Positions 33,042 to 42,677 of a stretch of DNA of 64,000 nt are shown piece by piece (positions within the stretch are counted from its first letter, which is position 1; every line of letters begins with the position of its first letter). The notes below the pieces were generated by a model. That model saw only the letters and a program-made list of their open reading frames with translations. It had not been told where the DNA came from and searched no databases. The position numbers were made by a program, and so were the translations under genes. The stretch covers positions 288,001-352,000 of the forward strand of contig CAWBWI010000006.1 in assembly GCA_963792585.1 (NCBI GenBank), in the 5' to 3' direction. The DNA comes from Candidatus Eiseniibacteriota bacterium (GTDB taxonomy: Bacteria; Eisenbacteria; RBG-16-71-46; CAIMUX01; VGJL01).

Positions 33042-33866
33042 ATGGCCAGCCGATTCAGCAACGCAGACATCAGCCGGACGATCATCTTCTCATTGATCTT
33101 CCTGTCCGTGCTGATCCCACTGTTCCTCGAGCCCCCGAAGACCGTCCGGGTAACGAACGAGGTCAAGGTCGTGTACGACCGGATCGACTCGCTCCAACCG
33201 GGGCAGATCGTGATGCTCGCCTGTGAGTACGACCCTTCGATGAGCGCGGAGATGTCTCCCATCAACATCGCCGTCCTGCGCCAGTGCTTCGGAAAGAACC
33301 TGCGCGTCCTCACGACCTGCCTGATGTCCAACGGCGTCTCGCTCGTCGAGGGAGAGATGCAGCAGGTCGCCGACGAGTACAAGAAGAAGTACGGCGAGGA
33401 CTACGTCTTCCTCGGATACAAGCCGTACCCGGGGATCGTGATCATGGCGATGGGCGAGGACTTCCGCGTCGCTTTCCCGAGCGACTACTACAACACCCCC
33501 GTCGACGACATCCCGATGATGAAGGGGGTCAAGAACTACCAGAACGTCGCGCTCGTCCTCACCATCAATGCGACCAGCGGCATCGACTACTGGATCACCT
33601 ATGGGCAGGGCCGGTACAAGTTCCCGTTGGCCGCCGCCGCCAGTGCGGTCATGGCGCCCAACTATTACAACTACCTCCAATCGGGCCAGCTCTTCGGCCT
33701 GATCGGAGGGCTGCGCGGCGCCGCCGAGTACGAGCAGTTGATCGATCGGCCGGGCACCGCCGTCCGCGGGATGTTCGTCCAGTCGGTCGCCCACCTCCTG
33801 ATCGTCGGCCTCATCGTAGCGGGCAACGTGACCTACATCATCGAGCGCCGGCGCAGGAAGGGCTAG
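33042..33866 (+). CDS. Uncharacterised membrane-anchored alpha/beta domain protein (DUF6754 operon, subunit C)
   Basis: AGGAGG RBS; N- and C-terminal TM helices; YGEDYVFLGY and YLQSGQLFGLIGGLRGAAEYE. Confidence 0.8.
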   Translation: MASRFSNADISRTIIFSLIFLSVLIPLFLEPPKTVRVTNEVKVVYDRIDSLQPGQIVMLACEYDPSMSAEMSPINIAVLRQCFGKNLRVLTTCLMSNGVSLVEGEMQQVADEYKKKYGEDYVFLGYKPYPGIVIMAMGEDFRVAFPSDYYNTPVDDIPMMKGVKNYQNVALVLTINATSGIDYWITYGQGRYKFPLAAAASAVMAPNYYNYLQSGQLFGLIGGLRGAAEYEQLIDRPGTAVRGMFVQSVAHLLIVGLIVAGNVTYIIERRRRKG

Positions 33867-33872
33867 AGATCG

Positions 33873-34601
33873 ATGGAACAGCAACTCGTCAACACGTTCG
33901 CCGCGCTCATCACCTTCGCGATCTTCTCCTTCCTCTGGAAGGACAACCCGTTCTACAAGTTCGCGGAGCACCTGGTCGTCGGGGTTTCGGCCGGCTACTG
34001 GGTCATCATCCTCTATCGAACCTCGCTCGTGCCCAAGCTCGTCGATCCGTTGAAGCGCGTGTTCGCCGGATCGAGCGCGGGTGTCGGTGACGTCGCCGGG
34101 TCGATCGCCAGTGTCGGCACTGCCGCCGGACAGCGCGCCAGTATCGGCGACATCCTCGTGTTCATCCCGATGATCCTGGGCCTGCTCCTCTTCACCCGAT
34201 TCGTGCCCAAGGTCGCCTGGGTCTCGCGGATCACCATGGCCTACATCCTGGGCATCGGATCGGGCGCCGCCATCCCGCTGGTCCTTCAGACCAACGTGAT
34301 CCAGCAGATCTATCCGATGATGGCGATGTTCCTGCCGGGACATACCGTCGGAACCTGGGAGTGGGTCACGAACTTCCTCGTGATGGGTGGTGTTCTCTGC
34401 GGTCTCGCCTACTTCTTCTTCTCGGCGCGGCACGAGGGGATCCTCGGAGGGATGTCGAGGGTGGGAATCTGGACCCTGATGATCGGCTTCGGGGCGAGTT
34501 TCGGTTATACGGTGATGAGCCGTATCAGCCTGCTCTACGGGAGGGTCGATTTCCTACTGAACACCTGGGCGAGACCGATCGTCCACTCGCTCTTCGGATA
34601 G
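33873..34601 (+). CDS. Uncharacterised polytopic membrane protein (DUF6754 operon, subunit D)
   Basis: SFLWKDNPFYKFAEHLVVGVSAGY and MIGFGASFGYTVMSRISLL; about 6 hydrophobic segments. Confidence 0.8.
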   Translation: MEQQLVNTFAALITFAIFSFLWKDNPFYKFAEHLVVGVSAGYWVIILYRTSLVPKLVDPLKRVFAGSSAGVGDVAGSIASVGTAAGQRASIGDILVFIPMILGLLLFTRFVPKVAWVSRITMAYILGIGSGAAIPLVLQTNVIQQIYPMMAMFLPGHTVGTWEWVTNFLVMGGVLCGLAYFFFSARHEGILGGMSRVGIWTLMIGFGASFGYTVMSRISLLYGRVDFLLNTWARPIVHSLFG

Positions 34602-34611
34602 GGAAAGAGGA

Positions 34612-35220
34612 TCAAGCAGATTCGAGTTCGAGCCGGCGCATCGGCTCGAGGATGAAGGGCACCCAGCTCTCTTTTCGCTGCCCGGCCGGGATCGTCACGC
34701 ACGGAGACCAGGTCGGCTCGCGAGGCTCGCGAATCAACCGGACGCCCGCTTCGGCGAGCGTCCGGTTCGATTTTCGGCGGTTGCATCTTACACAGGAGAG
34801 CACGCAGTTCATCCAGGTCGTCCGCCCGCCCATCGAACGCGGCGTCACGTGGTCGACGGTGAGCTCCTCTATCGGAGGTTTCGCGCCGCAGTACTGACAC
34901 GTGAAGCGGTCGCGTCGGTAGATGTTGCGCCGCGAGAAGCTGACCTTCCGTCGTGGGATTCCCTCGTACTGGCTGAGCAGGAGGATCTCGGGGAGCTTCA
35001 AACGGTAGCGGACGGTCCGGACGCAGGGCTCGTCATCGGGGACACGAAGCTGCGACCAGGATTCGAAGTCGTGGAGACTCGAGTCGTCCGGGTGAACCGC
35101 GCGAGCCGTCTCGCGGACCAGCAGACAAAGGGCCGTGCGGACCGAGGTGGTCCCGACCGCGGTCCAATGCCGATTCAGAACGAGGGCCCGTTCTTCCAGT
35201 ACCTTGGATGGCTGAACCAT
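34612..35220 (-). CDS. HNH endonuclease (McrA-like)
   Basis: ALVLN, FSRRNIYRRDRFTCQYCG, TVDHVTPRSMGG..TWMNCVLSCVRCNRRK. Confidence 0.9.
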   Translation of the reverse strand: MVQPSKVLEERALVLNRHWTAVGTTSVRTALCLLVRETARAVHPDDSSLHDFESWSQLRVPDDEPCVRTVRYRLKLPEILLLSQYEGIPRRKVSFSRRNIYRRDRFTCQYCGAKPPIEELTVDHVTPRSMGGRTTWMNCVLSCVRCNRRKSNRTLAEAGVRLIREPREPTWSPCVTIPAGQRKESWVPFILEPMRRLELESA

Positions 35221-35355
35221 GTCGCCCCCGAAGCATACCAGAGGCCTCCCGGCGTCGAAAAGAGACTTTCCGTCGGGCAAGCCCGTTCAACCCACATTCG
35301 CCGTCTAGCGATCTGCCGCCTCGCCCGGTAGGATGTCCCGGAAAAGGAAAGGGGC

Positions 35356-37008
35356 GTGGACACGATGAAGGGTCGTTTCGCCGCGACCGTCGGCGGTCAA
35401 GAGATGCGCTGGGACCTGGAGGTCGGGACCCACACGGTGGGGCGGGCTCCGAGTTGCGCGATCGTGCTCCCGGACCCGTCCGTCTCGCGCCTGCACGCGG
35501 AAATTCGCGTCTCCGGAGACGGGATCGAGATCGCCGACTCCGGAAGCCGCAATGGCACGTTCGTGAACGGAGCGCGCATCACCGAGCCCGTTGCCGTGCG
35601 GCAAGGGGACCGCGTCCGTCTGGGCAGCGTCGATGGTTCCGTGAGCGGCGTCGATCTGCCCCCGCCGCAGGAGCCGGCGATGCACACGATCTTCTCCGCC
35701 GCTCCCGCGCTCCGCACCTCGGCGCGCATGACATGGGACGCCATGACCGCGGAATCGGAGCAGACCGCCGCGGCCGAGCGCCTGCTCTTCCGAGCGCTGA
35801 CCGAGGCGGGTCAGATGCTCGTGCGGCCGCGGCCGCTCGACGAGGTCTTCGATTCCGTTCTCGACCTGGTCACGCGGACCATCACCGCCCGAAGGGTCCT
35901 CCTTCTGCTGAAGGAACACCCGGACAAGGATCCGGTCGTGCGGGCTGCGCGCCCCGCGGGCTTGGGCGCCCATGAGCGGATCATGCTCAGCTCGACCATC
36001 GTCGAGGGAGTTCTGACCGGCCGCGAGTCCCTGCTCGTCACCGATGCGCTCGAGGATCCCCGTTTCCGCGCACAGGAGAGCATCGTCCTTTCGAACGTCC
36101 GCTCGGCGATGGTCGCCCCCCTCTTCGACAACGAGAACGTGCTCGGACTGATCTACGCGGACACGGACGACCCGCTGGTCCGCTACGACTCGGACCAGCT
36201 CCGAGCCTTCACGATGCTCGCCAACCTGATTGCCGTGAAGATCACCAACACCCGCCTCCTCCAGGATCAGCGGGTGAAGGAACGGATGGAACAGGAGATG
36301 GCGACCGCGGCGATGATCCAGCGCAACCTGCTGCCCGCGGAACTGCCCGAGACGCCGGGCTACGAGGTTTTCGCGAGACAGGACTCCTGCCTCGAGGTCG
36401 CGGGGGACCTCTATGACGCCAGCCGCTTCTCCGATGGCAGCCTGTGCGTCGTGGTCGGCGACGTGAGCGGAAAGGGGATGGGCGCCGCCCTCCTGATGTC
36501 CCACACGATGTCGGCGCTCCGCCTCCTGTACGAGGACAGCGTGCCCCCCGCGCTCCTGGTCGAACGGGTCCACAAGCAGGTCTTGCGGTGGTCCGACGCC
36601 CGGAGCTACCTCACCCTCTTCCTGGGCCGCCTCGATCCGGCCAGCGGGCGGATCGACTACGTCAATGCGGGCCACAATCCCCCGCTCTTGTTCGCCGCGG
36701 ACGGTTCGGTCTCCCAGCTCGATCCCACAGGCATGCCGGTGGGGCTGATGGCGGGGGCGACGTTCGAGACGGCAACCGTGACGATTCCCCCGGGCGGACT
36801 CCTCGCGATCTTCTCGGACGGAATCCCCGAAGCGCATACCGACGAAGAGGAGTTCGGCGACGAGCGACTCTGTGAGGAACTGCGGGCGCGCAGGCACCTG
36901 CCTCTCGCCGAGGTGACCGAGGGGGTGCTCGATGAGGTCCGCCGTTTCCTCGGCGATTCTCCGCCGACCGATGACATCACGCTCTTCCTACTTCGCCGCC
37001 GCGCATGA
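35356..37008 (+). CDS. FHA-GAF-SpoIIE/PP2C protein phosphatase
   Basis: FHA GR...VSRLHA...SRNGTFVNG; GAF RSAMVAPL; PP2C GDLYD, GDVSGKG, NAGHNPP, FSDGIPE and DDIT. Confidence 0.92.
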   Translation: MDTMKGRFAATVGGQEMRWDLEVGTHTVGRAPSCAIVLPDPSVSRLHAEIRVSGDGIEIADSGSRNGTFVNGARITEPVAVRQGDRVRLGSVDGSVSGVDLPPPQEPAMHTIFSAAPALRTSARMTWDAMTAESEQTAAAERLLFRALTEAGQMLVRPRPLDEVFDSVLDLVTRTITARRVLLLLKEHPDKDPVVRAARPAGLGAHERIMLSSTIVEGVLTGRESLLVTDALEDPRFRAQESIVLSNVRSAMVAPLFDNENVLGLIYADTDDPLVRYDSDQLRAFTMLANLIAVKITNTRLLQDQRVKERMEQEMATAAMIQRNLLPAELPETPGYEVFARQDSCLEVAGDLYDASRFSDGSLCVVVGDVSGKGMGAALLMSHTMSALRLLYEDSVPPALLVERVHKQVLRWSDARSYLTLFLGRLDPASGRIDYVNAGHNPPLLFAADGSVSQLDPTGMPVGLMAGATFETATVTIPPGGLLAIFSDGIPEAHTDEEEFGDERLCEELRARRHLPLAEVTEGVLDEVRRFLGDSPPTDDITLFLLRRRA

Positions 37009-37189
37009 TGGGCGCAACGGCCGCCGTTCGCCGATTCGCTGCCCGATCATGTCTCGGGCGCGCGACGCCCGCGCATCATGCGCGCCCGGTCCCATTCTTG
37101 ACCCTCCCGCGACGGCTGTGGCAGACTGACCAGTTCTTCCACGTCCCCCCCGATTTGCATGGATTGCCGGATCCGAAGGAGCGCTGCGC

Positions 37190-39538
37190 ATGAGCAGGGT
37201 CGAAGAGATCTGCCGCGAGGTGAGCGGCCACTATCGTCACTGGGACAAGGTCGCCGACCTGATCGACCAGAACATCGACATGATGCTGAACTACCGCCAG
37301 AGCGGCCACCCGGGCGGTTCGCGCTCGAAGGTGCACGCTTTCGTGGCGACGCTGCTCGGGGACGTGATGCGCTGGGACCCGCGACGTCCGGAGAAGCGAT
37401 TCGGCGACCGGTTCGTTCTCGTCGCCGGCCACACCGCGCCGCTCGTCTACGCGACCTTGCCGGTCCTGAACGAGGCGTTACGGGTCAAGCACGCGCAGAC
37501 GGGCGATCCACGCTACGCGATCGCCGACGAGACGGAGCGCGCCCTCTACTGGGAGGACCTGCTCGGCTTCCGTCGCCACGGCGGCCTTCCCGGACACGCC
37601 GAGATGGAGGGCAAGACCCTCTTCTTCAAGTTCAATACCGGTCCGTCCGGTCATGGGAGCCCCGCGGCCGCCGGCCAGGCGATGGCGCTCAAACGCGCCG
37701 GCGCCTCCGGGGTGCGCGTCTTCGCCTTCGAGGGCGAAGGAGGACTCACGACGGGCGCCTCCCACGAGACGAAGAACTCGGCATGGGGTCTCGGTCTGGA
37801 CAATCTCGTCTACGTCGTCGACTGGAACGACTTCGGCATCGACGAGCACACCGTGTCGAGCGTCGTCCACGGCACTCCGGAGGACTGGTTCCGCCCTTAC
37901 GGTTGGCGCGTTCTCGGCACCGAGCACGGCAGCGACTTCGCTCATGTGCATCCCCTCCTCGTCGACGCCGTCCACGGTGAGAATCCGGGCGTGCCGACCG
38001 TCGTCTGGGTCAAGACGCGCAAGGGGCGCGGATATCTCAAGTACGACGAGAAGAGCCATGGCTCGCCGCACAGCCCGCCCAACTGCGAGCTCTACTGGGA
38101 GACGAAGCGGCCGTTCGCCGAGAAGTACGGCGTCGATTTCGAGGGATTCGGACAGCCCGCGCCGAAGGATCCGGCGGATTTCCGCAAGCAGGTCGAGACG
38201 AACCTCCGCAAGGTGGCGGAGGTCCTTCACCGTGACCAGGAGCTGGTCGACTATCTCGCAGCCACCCTCACGCGAATCGGCGATTCCGTTCCCGCCGAGA
38301 TCCCGGGCTACCGGCTCAACGCGCGGCGCACGCCGATCGGCGATCCGAAGCTGACCGACTTCCGCTCCTATCCCGAGTCGATCTGGGCGAAACCGGGAGA
38401 AAAGCAGCCGAACCGTGCGGCCCTGAGCAAGTGGGGCGCCTGGGTGAACACGCACTGCCGGAAGGAATACGGACGCCCCCTCTTCTTGGCCATGTCGGCC
38501 GATCTCGCGGGATCGACGAACATCGCCGGCTTCGCCGATGGATGGGACGGGAACCCCGGATGGGGTTGGTACGACCGATCCAAGAACCCGGAGGGAGCGC
38601 TCCTGCCCCAGGAGATCACCGAGTTCACGAACGCGGGAGTCACCGTCGGGATCGCGTCGGTGAACCTCGCGGAGAAGCCGTACGAGGAGTTCGACGGCTT
38701 CTACGCCGCGTGCTCGACTTATGGGAGCTTCTCGTACCTGAAGTACGGCCCGATGCGCCTCTTCAGTCAGCTGGCGCAGGACTGTCCGATCAAGGTCGGT
38801 AAGGTCCTCTGGATCGCGGGACACTCGGGACCCGAGACGGCCGACGACAGTCGCACCCACTTCGGCATCTTCGAGCCGGGGGTCACGCAGCTCTTCCCCG
38901 ACGGGCGCGTTTGCGACCTGCACCCTTGGGAGTACAACGAGGTGCCGGTCGTTCTCGCCGCGGCGCTCGCCTCCCCCGCGCCGATCGTCGCCCTCCACCT
39001 GACGCGACCGCCCGTGACGATTCCCGATCGCGCGGCGCTGGGCATGGGACACCACTTCGAGGCCGCCCGCGGGGCCTACCTGATCCGCGACTACAAGGCG
39101 GGTCAGAAACCGATGGGGTGCATTCTCGTCCAGGGGACCATGACGACCGCCAACGTCGTTTCCCTGTTGCCCGAGCTGGATCGCTCCGGCCTGAACGTGA
39201 AGCTCGTTGCCGCGGTGAGCCCGCAGCTCTTCGCCTGGCAGGACGCGGAGTATCGCGAACGAATCCTGCCCATCGCCGACCGGATCGACGCGACGTACAT
39301 CAGCAACCGGAGCCGGCGTCTCATGCACGACTGGACCCTGCACCGGATCTGCGACGAGTACGCGATGACATCCGACTACGATGACCGTTGGCGGACGGGC
39401 GGGACGCTCGACGAGGTGATCGAGGAAGCGCACCTCTCACCGCCACACCTGCTGGCCGGGATCGAGCGCTTCGTCCGCGAACGCGGGAAGCGGCTCGGAA
39501 GCCTGCGGGCAATGCTGGAGGCGGCAGAGCGCCGGTAA
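37190..39538 (+). CDS. Transketolase (long, divergent form)
   Basis: SGHPGGS, DRFVLVAGH, LPGH, TGPSGHG, T.KGRG...HG, SADLAGST and HSGPETADDSRTH. Confidence 0.85.
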   Translation: MSRVEEICREVSGHYRHWDKVADLIDQNIDMMLNYRQSGHPGGSRSKVHAFVATLLGDVMRWDPRRPEKRFGDRFVLVAGHTAPLVYATLPVLNEALRVKHAQTGDPRYAIADETERALYWEDLLGFRRHGGLPGHAEMEGKTLFFKFNTGPSGHGSPAAAGQAMALKRAGASGVRVFAFEGEGGLTTGASHETKNSAWGLGLDNLVYVVDWNDFGIDEHTVSSVVHGTPEDWFRPYGWRVLGTEHGSDFAHVHPLLVDAVHGENPGVPTVVWVKTRKGRGYLKYDEKSHGSPHSPPNCELYWETKRPFAEKYGVDFEGFGQPAPKDPADFRKQVETNLRKVAEVLHRDQELVDYLAATLTRIGDSVPAEIPGYRLNARRTPIGDPKLTDFRSYPESIWAKPGEKQPNRAALSKWGAWVNTHCRKEYGRPLFLAMSADLAGSTNIAGFADGWDGNPGWGWYDRSKNPEGALLPQEITEFTNAGVTVGIASVNLAEKPYEEFDGFYAACSTYGSFSYLKYGPMRLFSQLAQDCPIKVGKVLWIAGHSGPETADDSRTHFGIFEPGVTQLFPDGRVCDLHPWEYNEVPVVLAAALASPAPIVALHLTRPPVTIPDRAALGMGHHFEAARGAYLIRDYKAGQKPMGCILVQGTMTTANVVSLLPELDRSGLNVKLVAAVSPQLFAWQDAEYRERILPIADRIDATYISNRSRRLMHDWTLHRICDEYAMTSDYDDRWRTGGTLDEVIEEAHLSPPHLLAGIERFVRERGKRLGSLRAMLEAAERR

Positions 39539-39559
39539 CATACGCGATTTTCGGCGGTT

Positions 39560-39598
39560 TCGACCCACTTCCGGATCGGCGGTGGGTCGATTTTTCTT
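39560..39598 (+). terminator. Intrinsic terminator after transketolase
   Basis: tcgacccac / gtgggtcga stem followed by tttttctt. Confidence 0.7.
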
Positions 39599-39626
39599 CT
39601 ACAACACATCCCATTACATCTATAAT
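39598..39626 (+). promoter_or_regulatory. Putative sigma70 promoter of the Omp28-like gene
   Basis: TCTACA, 17 bp, perfect TATAAT (39621-26) in an AT-rich stretch. Confidence 0.5.
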
Positions 39627-39704
39627 CCTAATGTTTTCAGTTCGTCACCGCATTTTCGTGGCATCCGCAGCATCCGCGGAATCGATCGAACAAGGGGGAT
39701 CCTC

Positions 39705-41705
39705 ATGAGGCTTCCAGTCACCTTCCTGCTACTCGCCTTCCTTCTGACACCAGCCGCCATGGCGCAGGTGCCTAGAGGGGCCATCGCGGAGGATTGCACG
39801 GCGACCTGGTGCACCTACTGCCCATTCGCGTACCAAGGGCTCGAGGTGATGAAGAGCCGGTACGACTCCAACGAGTTCACCTCCGTGCGTCTCTATGCGA
39901 CGAGCGGCGGTCTCGGCACGGCCGAGGTGATGAACAGGATCAACTGGTACGCCATTTCCGGGTATCCCACCGTCTACTTCGACGGCGGCTATCCGGTGGT
40001 GGGCGGTTCCACCTACATCGCGACCGGCGCGGCTTACGATCCGATCGTTGCCGGAGAGATCGCGCGGCCTTCTCCCCTGGCGATCCGGATCGCAGACGTC
40101 GATCTGGTGCAGCCCGACGGCTCGATCAGCATCGACGTGACGGTGTCCGAGACGATGGCCGACATCGGCAACATGAAGATCCGGATCTTCATCATGGAAA
40201 ACAACCTGACCTATCAGGGAACGACCTACACCGATGTGACGCGCGACATCCTCCCTGATCAGGCGCTCGCGGTGTCCCAGGCCGGTCAGATCCAGCATCT
40301 GTCGCTCAACTTCGCCGTCGACCCGACCTGGAAGCCGAACGACCTGTGGGCGGTCGCCTTCATTCAGGACGACGACGACAAGACGATCATCCAGGCGGAG
40401 AGCACGCGCACGAAGCCGGCCTATTCCCCGCGCTTCTGGGCCAAGGGACCCCGTTCCGCGGTCGGCCCGGATCTTGGCGCCTACCAGTTCGAGGACTTCG
40501 CCGTGTTCAACATGGGCACCAGCAGCGATCAGATCACCGTCCAGGTCGAGACCGTCGGCCAGACTCCGGGGTGGCTCACGATGCTCACCGACGGAACGAG
40601 TGACTTCATGAGCAAGACCTTCACCCTCGCGCCAGGGCAGTCCCGGATCCTGCGGATGAAGGTCCATCCGAACGGCCCCGGCTATGCGCACGTCAACGCC
40701 TTGATCACCAGCTCCCATCTCATCGGTTGGTCCCGGAGGATCGGCTACACGCTCACGTCGGACAACGTGAAGGTCCTCGTGGTCAAGGACGATGGCGGCG
40801 ACGGGTTCGAGAACTACTACATCGATGCCCTGGGCGCCTTCCCGACGACCTACGGACTGTGGAATGCGGGTTACGCCGACGTTACCGCGGCGGACCTGGC
40901 GAACTTCCCGGTGGTGATCTGGGAGTGCGGTATGTCATATCCGACGCTCGGCCCCGCCGATCGGGCCGCGCTGGGCGCCTATCTCGACGGCGGCGGCAAG
41001 CTATTCGTCAACGGGCAGGAGATCGGGTGGGAGGTCAATGATACCGGCGGAGATGCGCTCGCCTGGTACCACCAGTATCTCCATGCCAACTTCGTGCTCG
41101 ACGACACCAACGTCTATACATTGACCGGCGTCACGGGCGACCCCATCTCGAACGGGATGACGCTGTCGATTCAGGGGGGCGACGGGGCCAACAACCAGGA
41201 GTATCCCGACGCCATCGCGCCGTACGACGCGGCAGCATCGATCATCTTCACGTACAACACCACCTACAAGGGCGGTCTCAAGGTCGACACGGGCGTCTAC
41301 AAGGTCGTCTACCTCGGCTTCGGCTACGAGGCGATCAGCACGCAGGCCAACCGCCGCCTTCTCATGGCGCGGATCCTTCAGTGGTTCGACGTGCAGCCGA
41401 TGGACGCGCCGGAGACCGAGACGCTCACGGCCACGACCGAGCTTCGGTCGTTCCCGAACCCAACGGCCGGGGAGACGGCCATCCACTTCTCTCTCGCGAA
41501 GGCCGGAGCCGCCGAGATCCGGATCTATGCCCCGGACGGCTCCCTCGTCCGCACGTTGGTCGACGCCTCGCGCTCCGCGGGCGAAGGATCCGTTCGCTGG
41601 GACGGCCGCGCGGACAACGGGACGCTCGCCGGTTCCGGTGTCTATCTGGTCCGCATGAATGCGGGCGGGGTGATTCGCACGGAGAAGGTCATCCTCACAC
41701 GCTAA
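39705..41705 (+). CDS. Secreted Omp28-like thioredoxin-fold protein with C-terminal FlgD/T9SS-like domain
   Basis: Signal peptide ending AMA; EDCTATWCTYCP CxxC; GYPTVYFDG; AFIQD; C-terminal FPNP...WDGR...GSGVYLVRM. Confidence 0.8.
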   Translation: MRLPVTFLLLAFLLTPAAMAQVPRGAIAEDCTATWCTYCPFAYQGLEVMKSRYDSNEFTSVRLYATSGGLGTAEVMNRINWYAISGYPTVYFDGGYPVVGGSTYIATGAAYDPIVAGEIARPSPLAIRIADVDLVQPDGSISIDVTVSETMADIGNMKIRIFIMENNLTYQGTTYTDVTRDILPDQALAVSQAGQIQHLSLNFAVDPTWKPNDLWAVAFIQDDDDKTIIQAESTRTKPAYSPRFWAKGPRSAVGPDLGAYQFEDFAVFNMGTSSDQITVQVETVGQTPGWLTMLTDGTSDFMSKTFTLAPGQSRILRMKVHPNGPGYAHVNALITSSHLIGWSRRIGYTLTSDNVKVLVVKDDGGDGFENYYIDALGAFPTTYGLWNAGYADVTAADLANFPVVIWECGMSYPTLGPADRAALGAYLDGGGKLFVNGQEIGWEVNDTGGDALAWYHQYLHANFVLDDTNVYTLTGVTGDPISNGMTLSIQGGDGANNQEYPDAIAPYDAAASIIFTYNTTYKGGLKVDTGVYKVVYLGFGYEAISTQANRRLLMARILQWFDVQPMDAPETETLTATTELRSFPNPTAGETAIHFSLAKAGAAEIRIYAPDGSLVRTLVDASRSAGEGSVRWDGRADNGTLAGSGVYLVRMNAGGVIRTEKVILTR

Positions 41706-41728
41706 GCATCGATCCTGCCGCGATGGCA

Positions 41729-41767
41729 ACAATCCCGTCCCGGGTCGTACGACCGGGGCGGGATTGT
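41729..41767. terminator. Hairpin between convergent genes, probable bidirectional terminator
   Basis: acaatcccgtcccgg...ccggggcgggattgt with inner palindrome ggtcgtacgacc. Confidence 0.55.
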
Positions 41768-41802
41768 CCTGTGTCGGGGCAGCCTCGCCGGGATCCGGGG
41801 CC

Positions 41803-42534
41803 TCAGCCTTCCAGGAGCTTGCGCGTCCGATCGAGGTGCCGGATATCGAGGTCCGCTGGATGCGCGGCGAGCAGGCGCGCGATCGTGCGCGGGGCCCGCG
41901 CCGCATAGTATAGGAGCGCGCGGCCGAGGACCGGGCGGACCCAGGCGTGGGGTTCCGGGTCATCGAGGAGCAACCGCAATACCGGGATCGCCCGCGCCGC
42001 CGTCACGCCCCGCGAACCCCGGGGTCCACGGTGGGGGAGCAGCGCGGCGGCCGCGATCCTCCTTCGCATCGGGTTCGGACTGAGCGCCCAGGACGCATGC
42101 TTGGCCATCATGTTCGGGCTCTTCGCGAGCATGCGGCCCTGGATCCGCGCGAGACGATCGGCCGACCAGGGGTGACGCAGGTCGCGCGAGATGGCCGACA
42201 CCGTCTCGATCGCCCAATCGCGCCAGATGTCGCACAGACGATCGAGGATCTCGAGCCCCAGCATCTGCTCGTCGTGGTAGCGACCCCGCAGAAGATCGAG
42301 GATGACCAACCGGGCGGCGCCGGCGTTGCCGTTACGAACGAGCGAGGAGGCGGCACGAAGACCGAGACGGCGGATCGCCCGGCGGGGTACGCCCGCGTGT
42401 ACGAACCCGTCTCCGGAACGTTCGCGCCGGGACGCCGCGCGGGGAAAGCTCGCACGGCGCAGGAGCGCCCGCCTCAGATCGATCGCGGACCAGGCGAGGG
42501 AGGGTCCGCGCGCCGCATCCTGTTCGTCACGCAT
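41803..42534 (-). CDS. AlkD-like HEAT-repeat DNA alkylation repair family protein
   Basis: GVP...IRRL, HDEQMLGLEIL, W.AD.L, WALSPNPMRRRIA and LL.DP..WVR..LGRAL patterns. Confidence 0.55.
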   Translation of the reverse strand: MRDEQDAARGPSLAWSAIDLRRALLRRASFPRAASRRERSGDGFVHAGVPRRAIRRLGLRAASSLVRNGNAGAARLVILDLLRGRYHDEQMLGLEILDRLCDIWRDWAIETVSAISRDLRHPWSADRLARIQGRMLAKSPNMMAKHASWALSPNPMRRRIAAAALLPHRGPRGSRGVTAARAIPVLRLLLDDPEPHAWVRPVLGRALLYYAARAPRTIARLLAAHPADLDIRHLDRTRKLLEG

Positions 42535-42677
42535 GCATCTATTCTCGCCGATGCTCGCGCAGTCGAGAAGCGGAAACCGTTCGGTCCGGAGATTCCCATC
42601 GTCCCGTGAGGCACCGTTTCGGCGCGACCAGAACTTGCGCGAGATGGACTCTTCGCTTGACAACCGAATCCCGGCGG

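Noticed and set aside
29953..35220. MTase + HNH as a restriction-modification or defence island enclosing the DUF6754 operon
   Set aside because: The genes are 3.6 kb apart, no mobility signatures or obvious composition shift were seen, and this HNH type is commonly stand-alone.
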